A DNA stretch of 64,000 nucleotides from a plasmid: the sequence record NZ_CP096760.1; one strand, given 5' to 3'. This document shows, piece by piece, positions 10,702-20,321 of this stretch. The translations under genes and the position numbers were made by a program. Under the pieces are notes generated by a model that was not told the DNA's origin, did no database searches, and saw nothing but the letters and a program-made list of their open reading frames with translations. Every line of letters starts with the position of its first letter. Within the stretch, counting starts at the first letter, position 1.

Positions 10702-11571
10702 CTAGGCAACCAACTTATAAAAGTCCTCTGCCATTTGATTTGGTGTCTTAAAATCCAGTCCTTTCTGAATTCTCTGCTGATTATAAAATAGCTCTATGTA
10801 TTTTGTAATATCTGCTTTGGCTTCTTCCCTCGTTTTATAATTGCGATGATGCACCAATTCGTTCTTTAATATTCCCCAGAAACTTTCAATTGGAGCATTA
10901 TCATAACAGTCTCCTTTCTTACTCATCGAACCATGAAATCCATATTTTTCAATCATGTTACGATATTCATGACTGCAATATTGACTGCCTCTGTCTGAGT
11001 GAACAATTAATCCTTGTGGTGGTTTGCGATTCCTAATTGCCATATTCAGTGCATTGCAGACAAGTTGGGCTGTCATACGTTCACTTAAGCTATAACCAAC
11101 CACTTGTTTGGTACAAAGGTCTTTTAAAGCCGCTAGATACAGCCATCCTTCAGCTGTCCATATGTATGTAATGTCACTTACCCACGCAATGTTGGGAGTA
11201 GTCGCTGTAAAGTTTTGCTCTAACAAATTGTTGTAAACAGAACGACTGTGATCGCTATTTGTTGTCCTTTTAAAACGTTTATGACGTTTACAATACAGTT
11301 GATTTAGCCTTTTTATACAACGGACTGCATACGCGCTAATTTGAGTGCCTTGTGACTGTAAGTACTTCGTTAAGCGAATATGACCATAACTTTCTTTAGT
11401 TTCTTGATGGGCTATTTTGACAAAGATTGTCTGTTGGTTTCTTTGAATAGCTCGTTTACTTAAGCCTTGCTTTACCCAATCATAAAACCTTGATATTGAA
11501 ACTTTAAGCAGTCTAGCCATCATCGTTGTTGGGTAGGTGTTTTTGTACTCTTTCATGTAAGCGTACCTCAC
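10702..11571 (-). CDS. IS3-family transposase OrfB (DDE integrase core)
   Basis: 289-aa rve-domain protein. Confidence 0.85.
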   Translation of the reverse strand: MRYAYMKEYKNTYPTTMMARLLKVSISRFYDWVKQGLSKRAIQRNQQTIFVKIAHQETKESYGHIRLTKYLQSQGTQISAYAVRCIKRLNQLYCKRHKRFKRTTNSDHSRSVYNNLLEQNFTATTPNIAWVSDITYIWTAEGWLYLAALKDLCTKQVVGYSLSERMTAQLVCNALNMAIRNRKPPQGLIVHSDRGSQYCSHEYRNMIEKYGFHGSMSKKGDCYDNAPIESFWGILKNELVHHRNYKTREEAKADITKYIELFYNQQRIQKGLDFKTPNQMAEDFYKLVA

Positions 11572-11866
11572 TGATTTTCCTTGGCAAAGTACGCTGCTGC
11601 TTTTTTAGAAACTCTTTCTCCATTTCGGCAGTTTTGAGTTGTTGTTTGAGCTTTTTATTTTCTTCGAGCAGAGCAACGAGGTCAGGTGAATATTGTTGTG
11701 TTCCCTCTAATGTTCCTGCTTTTGCTTTATTATACCAATTCGACAGCGTTTGCATGGAAACACCAAGTTGTCGTGCTGTTTCCGAGACATTTCCTTGATT
11801 TAACTCAATAGCCTTGATTGCTTCAGCTTTAAATTCTGCCGTATAAATCTTTTGTTTTTTGCTCAT
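11513..11866 (-). CDS. IS3-family transposase OrfA (HTH)
   Basis: 117 aa with HTH and leucine-zipper-like region; overlaps orfB. Confidence 0.85.
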   Translation of the reverse strand: MSKKQKIYTAEFKAEAIKAIELNQGNVSETARQLGVSMQTLSNWYNKAKAGTLEGTQQYSPDLVALLEENKKLKQQLKTAEMEKEFLKKQQRTLPRKISEVRLHERVQKHLPNNDDG

Positions 11867-11958
11867 GGTAAACTCCTGATGAGTATGTTTAGCTTACCAA
11901 GTTAAAGTCTCCGTTTTTGTCAGCACACATCACATTCAGAAGGTTACTTATAATTAAA

Positions 11959-12420
11959 ATGGATTTCTCCATACATACTGATCATACAGTCACGCTTGAA
12001 TTATTAAAAACCTACCTTCGAATGTTCATCAAAAAACTTCATGCACCGAATGATAAAGTTCCACCCATTGTCGGTTTTGTTTGGAAATTAGAATACTCAG
12101 TATTAAAAAGTTACCACTATCATTTCCTATTTTTCATGGATGCGAATACTTTTACAGAAGATAAAAACTTTGCCTATAAACTTGGTGAATTATGGCAAAA
12201 AATAACCTTAAAAAAAGGAATCTATCAAAGCTTCAATCATGAAGAGCAAGTACGTAAAAATCTTGCTATTGGTATACTCACTCATGATGATCAAGAAAAA
12301 ATTGACTCTCTAAATAAGATGATTTATCACATAACCAAAACAGAGCAGTTCATTCTTGAAAGAAGCCAAATTAATCAACGAACATTTGGCTACAGCACCC
12401 GCAAGTATGCAACAAGGTAA
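11959..12420 (+). CDS. HUH-motif (YHYHFLFF) replication-initiator-like protein fragment (YagK/YfjJ / inovirus-Gp2-like), probably 5'-truncated by the IS3 insertion
   Basis: Listed ORF begins inside the IS terminal repeat; first Met outside the IS at 11959; His-hydrophobic-His motif. Confidence 0.35.
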   Translation: MDFSIHTDHTVTLELLKTYLRMFIKKLHAPNDKVPPIVGFVWKLEYSVLKSYHYHFLFFMDANTFTEDKNFAYKLGELWQKITLKKGIYQSFNHEEQVRKNLAIGILTHDDQEKIDSLNKMIYHITKTEQFILERSQINQRTFGYSTRKYATR

Positions 12421-12667
12421 GTTGAATACTTTATAAAGATTTAGCTAGATGTTTCTTTAATTCTGTTCTTTTCTATTCATTCGACACATAAGGTCACGAA
12501 TTACGTAAACCCTATATAAGTTTATTTTTTAAACAGTTGAATACCTTATTTCATACATTAATTTACAGCGTGCCGTTTCATCCTAAGGCTCTAATACAAG
12601 TGTTTTTTAATTCTTGGCAGCCTTGCTAGGAGTCTGTTTAATGTTGAACTAGAAAGAGGAAATCCGC

Positions 12668-13831
12668 ATGCGTGCTCTTACCTATCATGGTGCTAGGGAT
12701 GTACGAGTTGAATCTGTTCCAGATCCAGTGATTCAGGAACCAGATGACGTTATTTTAAGGGTGACAGCCACCGCCATCTGTGGCTCAGATCTGCATTTAT
12801 ACCGGGGAAAAATCCCGGCCACTGAAGACGGTGATATTTTCGGCCATGAATTTATGGGAATTGTAGAAGAAGTCGGCCCAGAAGTAACCGAAGTCAAAAA
12901 AGGTGATCGGGTAATTATTCCCTTTGTGATTGCATGCGGTCACTGTTTTTTCTGTGAACATGAACTCATGGCTGCCTGTGAAAATACCAATACCGGCCGT
13001 GGTGCAATTCTCAATAAAAAACAGATCCCACCAGGGGCAGCTTTATTTGGCTTTAGCCATTTGTATGGTGGTATACCGGGTGGTCAAGCTGAATATGTGC
13101 GGATCCCCAAGGGCAATGTCGGACCATTTAAAGTGCCAGGCTCCCTGCCTGATGAAAAAGTATTATTCCTGACCGATATTCTACCAACCGCCTGGCAAGC
13201 AGTAAACAATGCCCAAGTTGGTCGAGGTTCCAGTGTGGCGATTTATGGTGCTGGCCCAGTCGGTCTGCTGGCTGCTGCCTGTGCGCGGATGCTCGGTGCC
13301 GAGCAGATTTTTATGGTCGATCACCATCCTTATCGTCTGCGTTTCGCACATCAAACCTATGGAGTGATTCCGGTCAATTTTGATGAAGTCGATGCCGCTG
13401 AATTTATCATTCAAAATACCACGGGTTATCGTGGAGTCGATGCCGTCATTGATGCGGTCGGTTTTGAAGCCAAAGGCAGCATGCTGGAAACCGTAATGAC
13501 TAACCTGAAATTAGAAGGTTCGAGTGGTTCAGCGTTAAGACAATGTATTGCAGCGGTCCGCCGCGGCGGTGTGGTGAGTGTACCTGGAGTTTATGCCGGT
13601 CCAATTCATGGCTTCCTGTTTGGTGATGCCTTTGACAAAGGTTTAACCTTTAAAATGGGACAAACTCATGTGCATAATTACTTGCCGCAGTTGCTAGAAC
13701 ATATTGAAAATGGAGATCTGTCTCCAGATCTGATCATTACCCATCGCATGAAACTGGAAGATGCTGCGGAAGGTTACCGTATTTTTGATAAAAAAGAAGA
13801 AGACTGTCGTAAAGTGATTCTGACGCCATAA
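12668..13831 (+). CDS. fdhA: Zn-dependent alcohol dehydrogenase, glutathione-independent formaldehyde dehydrogenase-like
   Basis: 387 aa; [30 protein letters not shown] and DAVGFEA match Pseudomonas FdhA-type enzymes. Confidence 0.75.
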   Translation: MRALTYHGARDVRVESVPDPVIQEPDDVILRVTATAICGSDLHLYRGKIPATEDGDIFGHEFMGIVEEVGPEVTEVKKGDRVIIPFVIACGHCFFCEHELMAACENTNTGRGAILNKKQIPPGAALFGFSHLYGGIPGGQAEYVRIPKGNVGPFKVPGSLPDEKVLFLTDILPTAWQAVNNAQVGRGSSVAIYGAGPVGLLAAACARMLGAEQIFMVDHHPYRLRFAHQTYGVIPVNFDEVDAAEFIIQNTTGYRGVDAVIDAVGFEAKGSMLETVMTNLKLEGSSGSALRQCIAAVRRGGVVSVPGVYAGPIHGFLFGDAFDKGLTFKMGQTHVHNYLPQLLEHIENGDLSPDLIITHRMKLEDAAEGYRIFDKKEEDCRKVILTP

Positions 13832-13844
13832 ATATGATTAAATG

Positions 13845-13874
13845 AAAGCGCCGTCAGGCGCTTTTTTATTTTTT
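13845..13874 (+). terminator. rho-independent terminator
   Basis: AAAGCGCC-gtca-GGCGCTTT followed by a T-run. Confidence 0.7.
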
Positions 13875-13912
13875 ATCATCATTTTATCAATCCTCTTTTT
13901 CTTGTTTTTAAG

Positions 13913-14959
13913 GGCTTTGTTGCACAAAGATTTGAAATGCAAAGCGCCCCTAATTGAGCCAAATTTAAGGCGTAACTTGGGTAAGTGGTCGACCTAATTC
14001 CGTAAATCTGTTAAGGACTGCTACACGTGCATGGATCTCATTCACTTGGCTATCAAAACTCCTTGCACTGAGTTTATCCCCTAATAATTTAATGCAGTTC
14101 ATCTTAGTTTCAACCAAACTTCGCCGATGATAGCCTGACCATTTTTTCCATAGTGTCCTGCCTAAACGCTTAACTGTTCGAAGTAATTCATTTCGCTCTA
14201 GCGAGCTACTCTTTGTATCTTTCCATGGTTTCGCATTTTTTCTAGGTGGAATCACCGCATGCGCTTGCCGATCTGCAATGACCTGACGGCATTGCTTGGT
14301 GTCATAAGCTCCATCGGTATAAACAGAGTCAATCCTCTCATCTTGTGGAATCTGATTAAGTAAATCACCAAGCACCTGTGAATTACTGACATTATTGGTT
14401 GTAAGCTGAACTGCTCGTATTTGTAGGGTTTTAGAATCTATGCCAATATGAAGTTTACGCCATTGGCGACGATATTCAGGTCCATGTTTCTTGCGTTTCC
14501 ATTCGCTCTCACCTAGAAACTTCATGCCTGTAGAGTCCATGAGTAGATGCAGCCCATCGCTACTTTTTTGGTAGCTGATTACAATATCAATATGCTTTTG
14601 TCTTCTACAAAGCGTGGTGTACGAATATCACTGATATTCGGGGCTGCTCATCCGCAAAGTTTAATCAGACTTTGCAAAAAGCCAGTAACCATACGTAAAG
14701 TCAGACGGAATAAGGATTTAATCATTAAGCAGCATTCGATGGCTGCGTCGGAGTATGTTTGATTTCGCCCTTGTTTGCCTTTTGATGGAGCATACCATTG
14801 CGTAGCAGGATCAAACCAAATGGCAATATTTCTGCGACTCATGAGTGCTCGGTTATATGCTGGCCAATTGGTTGTGCGGTAGATTTTCTGTGTAGGCTTC
14901 TTCATTTGAAAATTATATCGCTGAAAAAGCCGTTACAGATAGGTTTGTGCAACAAAGCC
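13913..14959 (-). mobile_element. IS5-family (IS903-group-like) insertion sequence, copy 2 (diverged, inactivated)
   Basis: Same terminal IRs (GGCTTTGTTGCACAAAG at 13913-13929; reverse complement at 14943-14959); inverted relative to copy 1; no TSD. Confidence 0.75.
13965..14905 (-). pseudogene. IS5-family transposase, frameshifted/interrupted (two ORF pieces 14648-14905 and 13965-14540)
   Basis: N- and C-terminal pieces are each about 80% identical to the intact transposase at 947-1879 but separated by an out-of-frame segment. Confidence 0.75.
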
Positions 14960-15039
14960 CATCGAGTGCTAAATTGCTTGCATTACTTGCAATGGCATCT
15001 GCCAAACGCCCTCTTCAATATAATTATACTCCCATATTA

Positions 15040-15100
15040 CAAGCTTTATATCTATCTAGTTATCTACATTTCTATATTCCTATATTACTACATAACAATA
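15040..15100. repeat. iteron-like TGTAGAAAT/TAGATAGA repeats upstream of the tRNA
   Basis: ctatctagttatctacatttctatattcctatattactacat is the reverse-complement form of the 18.9-19.1 kb repeats. Confidence 0.6.
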
Positions 15101-15141
15101 TTGAAAGTTACTTATAAAACAATATAATATCCTAACTATAT

Positions 15142-15217
15142 TGCGTAGTAGCTCAGTAGGTAGAGCAGCGGACTGTTAATCCGTTGGTCACTGGTTCGAA
15201 CCCAGTCTACGCAGCCA
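15142..15217 (+). tRNA. tRNA-Asn: tRNA-Asn (anticodon GUU)
   Basis: Manual fold: acceptor UGCGUAG/CUACGCA, D-arm GCUC-AGUAGGUA-GAGC, anticodon arm GCGGA-CUGUUAA-UCCGU, T-arm ACUGG-UUCGAAC-CCAGU, discriminator G plus CCA. Closely resembles E. coli tRNA-Asn. Confidence 0.85.
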
Positions 15218-15227
15218 ATCTCCTTAT

Positions 15228-15500
15228 ATGCTCCTCTTGTACTCAGGGACCGAAATGTCATACGCCGACAGAACACCGATGGCAAAATTCTTTGATGCGC
15301 TGGCTTATGAAAAGAATGAAGTAAAAGTTACGCACACAAAGGATAAAAAGGGCGTCCATGAGTCGATTCATGTGAAGTTAAGTAGTGGTTTTGCAAAATT
15401 TGAAAAGAACAATCAAAAATATGAATTTGTCTTTAATCATCAACACCAAGAAATTAATGAAGATTGCTTTACTTCCGTAAAAGAAAAGTTAGTTAAATAA
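15228..15500 (+). CDS. hypothetical protein
   Basis: 90-aa ORF immediately 3' of the tRNA; an alternative start at 15255 (MSYADR) is possible. Confidence 0.4.
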   Translation: MLLLYSGTEMSYADRTPMAKFFDALAYEKNEVKVTHTKDKKGVHESIHVKLSSGFAKFEKNNQKYEFVFNHQHQEINEDCFTSVKEKLVK

Positions 15501-15524
15501 TTAACAATATTAATGGCTTATAAT

Positions 15525-15570
15525 CTATGTAGATTTCTATCTATATTTCTATATTTCTACATAAATTTGT
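15525..15570. repeat. iteron-like repeats (tgtagatttctatctatatttctatatttctacat)
   Basis: Same repeat family as 15040-15100 and 18860-19130. Confidence 0.6.
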
Positions 15571-15733
15571 AATTGTTGATGCAAATTCACCGTTTGCACG
15601 TTTTTAAAATAGAAACGGCTATTTTGCATTTTGAAACGATTGCATTGCTTTTCGAGTAGTAAGCGTTTATATTCTCAATAGTAAAGTATTTTTATACATT
15701 TCTATTTATCACAGGCAGAATAGGTGCAGCGAA

Positions 15734-16060
15734 ATGTTCACAAGAACGGTTCAAACCCTTAAAAATAGCACAGATCTTGTTCAAAGATTTGCTATGCCTG
15801 AAATTCATGAAGATTTTGAATTACGCCGTCTTTCTAATAAAGACCGCTATAAACACTACATTCTTATCTTCAAGAATGTAATCAACCAAAAGAAAGATTG
15901 GGAAGATGTAAAGGTCGTTGCTGAGATTCAGGAACGCAACCATAATCTTCGATTCAATATTAAGATTTCTAAACAGTATCCAGAACTTGCAGATTATGAA
16001 AAGCTTTTAGAAGCTAAAATTAATGCTATCATTAACAATAGCTCATTAGTAATTTCATAA
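15734..16060 (+). CDS. hypothetical protein
   Basis: 108-aa ORF. Confidence 0.5.
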   Translation: MFTRTVQTLKNSTDLVQRFAMPEIHEDFELRRLSNKDRYKHYILIFKNVINQKKDWEDVKVVAEIQERNHNLRFNIKISKQYPELADYEKLLEAKINAIINNSSLVIS

Positions 16061-16075
16061 GAAACAAGGATAACT

Positions 16076-16798
16076 GTGTCTCCTAGTCTTTTAACTCAAG
16101 ATAATTATCAAAAACTTCTTGATCCGCTACCCCTAGACTTTGACTATGAAAAACCTATTGAAACTAGGTTTTTCTTTAATCAAGTATCTGATTCTATTTT
16201 TAAGTTTGTAGAACTTAAAGGCAATCCTGGCTGCGATTATAGTGGCTGCATTGAGGTGCATTATTGCCATTATAATGAAATGGCGAAAGGTGCCATGCTA
16301 GCGATAGCTGAAGACCATTGTGATCCTTATGAAGTTGCAGCCGAGGTATTTAAAGCCGGCTTGGACTACGATTATGAAAAACTAATAGGTCGATATACTT
16401 ATAAGGATTTCACATTTCAGGATCATGAAGAGACCAAATTTGGCAAACAGATCAGAGGGGCATATATTGAAAAAGAATTTCAACAATTTAAAATTGCCAC
16501 TTTCATTTATCAATTTCTGGCGAATAAATATTCACATTTAATAAGCGACAACCAACAAACCTATCAGGGACACAATTTATGGGTTTTAAGTGTTCTTAAA
16601 TGGGGGAAGGTAAAAGCTTATGATTGTATTGAGCAAAAATTTATCAGTTCCTTCCATCCTATAGACGAGTCGAAAGGTTTCAAGCCGTGGTCAATTCCTT
16701 ATAACTTTCCTGAGGAAAATGAAAAGTTTTTAATCATGGATTTTTGCGTGCGAACAGATGTTCCTCTTGCCAACGTAGTGTTAATCGCTCATGGTTAG
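16076..16798 (+). CDS. hypothetical protein
   Basis: 240-aa ORF; followed by a terminator. Confidence 0.5.
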   Translation: MSPSLLTQDNYQKLLDPLPLDFDYEKPIETRFFFNQVSDSIFKFVELKGNPGCDYSGCIEVHYCHYNEMAKGAMLAIAEDHCDPYEVAAEVFKAGLDYDYEKLIGRYTYKDFTFQDHEETKFGKQIRGAYIEKEFQQFKIATFIYQFLANKYSHLISDNQQTYQGHNLWVLSVLKWGKVKAYDCIEQKFISSFHPIDESKGFKPWSIPYNFPEENEKFLIMDFCVRTDVPLANVVLIAHG

Positions 16799-16822
16799 AA
16801 ATTTGATGAAGTTGCTTAAAAT

Positions 16823-16848
16823 AAAGCTCGCTTATTGCGAGCTTTTTT
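16823..16848. terminator. rho-independent terminator (possibly bidirectional)
   Basis: AAAGCTCGC-ttatt-GCGAGCTTT plus T-run; between convergent gene sets. Confidence 0.7.
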
Positions 16849-16873
16849 GTTTGGATGGCTTGATAACCGATTT

Positions 16874-17122
16874 CTAAAACTGCTGATCCAAGTAATCGGC
16901 GTATTCCACAGATTTTCTACTTTTCTCTTTAAGAAGCAAAATAATCTCATTTCTTATGCCTGCAGGAATTGGGCGCTCTCTTGTTATCCATTGTCTAACT
17001 CTGCGTGGATCCACATCAATAGCGCGAGCCAATTCGCTTTGCCAATGCGTGCCGTAGAGTATTTCACCCGCCTGTCTTAATTCTTCCGGCGTCATGCGAG
17101 GCGTATCTTGATCAATCTCCAT
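16874..17122 (-). CDS. HTH DNA-binding protein (Cro/XRE-like)
   Basis: HTH signature SELARAIDVDPRRVRQWITRERPIP; last gene of a minus-strand operon. Confidence 0.55.
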   Translation of the reverse strand: MEIDQDTPRMTPEELRQAGEILYGTHWQSELARAIDVDPRRVRQWITRERPIPAGIRNEIILLLKEKSRKSVEYADYLDQQF

Positions 17123-17180
17123 GATTGCCTTCCCAGCTTAATTAAGCCATCATATTATCCTATCTATTGATAGGTTCAAG

Positions 17181-17522
17181 TTACAATTGATCAATCAAAC
17201 ATTTGTAGCGATCAATATTTTCCTCGGAATTCTCAAGCTCTTCCGTCAAGAAAAACCACACCTCGTTGAATATATTCAATTTCTTTTGAACACCGGCTTT
17301 TATCATATGTGTAGCCATGCCAATGACAAGAAAAATTGCTACCCCTATCCAAAATGGCGGGAAAAACAAACAAAGGAACCCGATAATCAAGCAGCCATTT
17401 GAAATGTACTTAGTGTTTCTAAAGTTCTTTGTTTCTACCGAAATGTTTTCTTTTACCTCCGATAGGACGTTATTAAATTCTTCTTCGCCGACAAGTTGTT
17501 TAATGTGATCTTTAAGCGTCAT
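17181..17522 (-). CDS. small membrane protein (2 TM helices)
   Basis: Hydrophobic core LIIGFLCLFFPPFWIGVAIFLVIGMA. Confidence 0.5.
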   Translation of the reverse strand: MTLKDHIKQLVGEEEFNNVLSEVKENISVETKNFRNTKYISNGCLIIGFLCLFFPPFWIGVAIFLVIGMATHMIKAGVQKKLNIFNEVWFFLTEELENSEENIDRYKCLIDQL

Positions 17523-17629
17523 CTTTTCAGGTTAAAGATCACATGTTTGAGCGCACTCTACAACGAAACATTAAAAACCTGAATCTTATATATCATGATA
17601 CTGGCTCCTGTTAGGAGCCAAAAACTCAC

Positions 17630-17848
17630 TTAAGATAGCCAGGTATGCCATACCCCCATTGCAATCATAGTTGCTCCGGTAAAACCGACAATACAATACC
17701 AAGCCTGCTTAATCTGCGCGATTACCATTTCCTGAATATACATGCTATTGGATAGTTGGGTTACCGACGAGCCTTCTAAATCTCTGCCTAAACTTATACC
17801 ACGGTAGACCGATAACGCTACAAGTGCCATACCAATCAAGATCAACAT
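17630..17848 (-). CDS. small membrane protein (2 TM helices)
   Basis: 72-aa hydrophobic ORF. Confidence 0.45.
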   Translation of the reverse strand: MLILIGMALVALSVYRGISLGRDLEGSSVTQLSNSMYIQEMVIAQIKQAWYCIVGFTGATMIAMGVWHTWLS

Positions 17849-17911
17849 AAGTCACCTCATATGTTCAATGTGATTAGTAGCGATAAATCAAAAAAAGACG
17901 TAGTTATAATT

Positions 17912-18292
17912 TTATGAAAGGGAACTAACGAGATTTTGAACATTTTTCGCCATCTTCTTAATATCCTCATCAGCCCGATTTACTTTAAATTCTAGTCGCT
18001 CAAGCGTAGTGGTAAGGCTTAAATATTTTTCTCGTTCTTCATCGGTTAAGATAGAAATAAAGGCGTCCTCTGGAGACATTGTAGTAAGTCTCGTTTGGTG
18101 CATATCCAAGTTTGCTCGTGCCTCAGATGCCTTCGCGGAAAGCTGGCGTAATCTAGCAGCCTTATTTCTTTCATTCTGCAACGCCGTAAATTTTGACATG
18201 AGTGAAAGAATCAGCAAAGCACCTAAAACAATAATTACAGCAAGCATGTAATAGACACTCCCTAATGACATATGCCCATTATAGTAACCCAA
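17912..18292 (-). CDS. membrane-anchored coiled-coil protein
   Basis: N-terminal TM (VYYMLAVIIVLGALLILSL) then a charged helical region. Confidence 0.5.
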   Translation of the reverse strand: MGYYNGHMSLGSVYYMLAVIIVLGALLILSLMSKFTALQNERNKAARLRQLSAKASEARANLDMHQTRLTTMSPEDAFISILTDEEREKYLSLTTTLERLEFKVNRADEDIKKMAKNVQNLVSSLS

Positions 18293-18859
18293 AACAGCTT
18301 AAAAACAGGCAAAATATGTTAAAAATCAGGCTAATCCGCGATAATTTGAATAGTGGTATATAAAATAATATAAACTACAACTTAGTTAATTGATTTTTAA
18401 GGCATTTTTATAGACTTTATCCTCGGCATTTTCCTTCAGGCAATTAAAGCTGATTTTGGTGTGAATTAATCGTTTTTATAACTCTACTCTATTTCGCGTT
18501 TTTAGAGCGTTTTAAGCAATTTTAAGCATAAGATATAAAGAGAGTCGTCTAAAGATGAAAAATGCGAAATACGCGAAACGGTGAAGAAATACGATAGCTT
18601 TTATGCCGGTTTGAAAGATACATGAGAAGAATCTCTAAAAACCCAAGTGAACCGCGCCTACATTTCCGAGAATAAGAAATATAAGAATGTTCTAAGAAAG
18701 TATATTTATATAATCGAAAACTCTCGGAATACCCAAGTACACCCAAGTCTCGGTAAACGTAGAGATAGAGATACGCGGCTAAAGAAAATCCTCAAACATA
18801 TAAGAAGTGATAGAAATAAACATCAATATAGGCAAACACTTATGCACCAATACTTATAG

Positions 18860-19130
18860 AAATGTAGAAACCTAGATAGATAGAAATATCGAGGAAATAT
18901 ACAAGCAATCTATCTATATAGAAATGTAGAAAACTAGCAATACACAAAGCCAATCATATAGAGATAAAGAACAAGTAAAACTGTGTAGTAATGTAGAAAT
19001 CTATATAGATAGATAACAATAGAACTATACGGATAGACATAGGTAAGCGTAGATAGAGATAGAACAGGTATAAGGAAAATAGCTCAATATTTATCTATAT
19101 AGATATGTAGATAGATAAACAGGTATAAGG
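18860..19130. repeat. iteron array (at least 5 copies of about 21 bp ATCTATATAGAAATGTAGAAA-like units)
   Basis: Copies at about 18868, 18909, 18985, 19095 and 19445; purine-rich on the plus strand; no ORFs. Confidence 0.65.
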
Positions 19131-19261
19131 AGAGAGATAGAGGATATTAAGCACTTAATAGAGAGATAAGACGGTAAAACAAAGGCGAACGGAGTGAGCC
19201 AAAGAATTGTGTGTTTCAATCAATCGTCTTCCTAGCCATTCCTTTGACCAACAGAAAATAT

Positions 19262-19310
19262 AAAAATCAAAACTTCGGGCGACATTCTTATTTTTATAAC
19301 CAAGCACACC
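19262..19310 (+). repeat. about 50-bp direct repeat, copy 1 (AAAAATCAAAACTTCGGGCGACATTCTTATTTTTATAACCAAGC)
   Basis: About 85% identical to 20973-21020. Confidence 0.6.
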
Positions 19311-19573
19311 ACGGCGCACATAGGTAAGCCGGTCAGCTTCACTTCCAGATTAGCCCATACCACTATTATACCTGCACCTCTCTATCTAGGGTTGAGGCAA
19401 TGCACCAATCGCCACACATCGCCATCAACCAATAGGTATGCCTAGGCACTTATGTAGAAATATAGAAATCTATCTACACAGCTATATAAATGGATTTTTA
19501 GTTTTCTAGCTTTGTTTCCTGCTCTATCTCTATACACTGTTATGCATCTAAGTACACATAGAGTTTTACAGTC

Positions 19574-19780
19574 ATGCCTATAAAACAAAACGAGCTAATG
19601 AGCGAGATGGTTAATGCAATCACTACACGCCTTAACGACCTCTATATTCAGTATTACAACGACTTTTTAAGCGTTGAGGCATTTGCACGTTATCACGGTC
19701 TATCTATAGAGGATATGCAAAAGCTGATTGATTTGGGCAGACATGTGAATCACAACAGTCTTTGGAAAGAGGATAAGTAA
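19574..19780 (+). CDS. hypothetical small protein (possible HTH)
   Basis: 68-aa ORF. Confidence 0.4.
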   Translation: MPIKQNELMSEMVNAITTRLNDLYIQYYNDFLSVEAFARYHGLSIEDMQKLIDLGRHVNHNSLWKEDK

Positions 19781-19899
19781 TCATGTTATTTATTCATCCT
19801 GAATTACGCGCTAATGATTGAAGTTAGCGGTATTGGTATTCGAAAATTTAAAGTTATTCCATTGCCAGCGTAAAGTTGGCTTTTTGACGCTGTACCACG

Positions 19900-20321
19900 G
19901 CATACCAAGGCAAAAATAGGACAAACATGGCATGCCTAGGGGTTTACAATCTAGTGAGCGCTTACTATACTTCTGCCAAATGGGTTTTGGGTTGAGATTT
20001 TCTCCCCGACGCGATTTGCTTGATGGGGGTCGTGGCTTATACCGTGTCAGTGGTTTGCACTGTAAAGAAAAGTTCCTTTTCTTGTGGTGGAAATTGGCTA
20101 GGTTAGGTTACGTCTCCCCAAACTCTCTCCAAGATTTTCTAGGCAAAATTCTATGGGGGGGTTTGGGGGGGCGTTCCTTAACGTTAGTGGTTTCCGCTGT
20201 AAGAAAAGGGCATACCAAAATATAGAATATGGAATTTGAAAAATTAAAAACATTTCCTTAGAATTCCAAATCTATCGAATTAACATAACTTACAACAACT
20301 CTGCGTCTGAAAAACTCCTTT
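19900..20321 (+). ncRNA. candidate non-coding locus with two about 50-bp G-tract-headed direct repeats (20024-20072, 20168-20212)
   Basis: G7/G8 runs; repeat units GGGGG..CGT..AGTGGTTT.C.CTGTAA.GAAAAG; the only ORF there (19932-20225) has no RBS and is low-complexity; strong terminator follows. Confidence 0.3.

Larger units (their letters stand above)
10657..11937 (-). mobile_element. IS3-family insertion sequence (orfA/orfB with -1 frameshift)
   Basis: Imperfect terminal IRs TGATGATGTGTGCTGAAATAACAG (10657-) and reverse complement ending near 11937. A_AAA_AAG slippery heptamer on the minus strand at 11601-11607 in the orfA/orfB overlap. Confidence 0.75.

Noticed and set aside
11870-11890. 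CUGAUGA hammerhead-like core near the IS3 end
   Set aside because: Isolated 7-mer without the GAAA partner or stem context. It lies in the IS3 terminal region, so probably chance.
15228-16798. Integrase next to the tRNA
   Set aside because: None of the three ORFs shows tyrosine- or serine-recombinase motifs (no R..HxxR..Y box, no resolvase Ser motif). The integrase is presumably outside the window.
16835-17080. Plus-strand ORF overlapping the HTH gene and the terminator
   Set aside because: It starts inside the terminator hairpin. The minus-strand ORF 16874-17122 carries a clear HTH motif and fits the operon structure.
17187-18859. ORFs 17187-17402, 17317-17508, 18009-18251, 18549-18746, 18647-18859
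   Set aside because: The first three are antisense to the membrane-protein genes. The last two lie in the iteron-rich or purine-skewed non-coding region, with low-complexity basic translations and no RBS.
19932-20225. 97-aa ORF across the G-tract repeats
   Set aside because: Poly-G-encoded Gly/Trp-rich low-complexity translation with no RBS. Treated as non-coding (candidate ncRNA or repeat locus).
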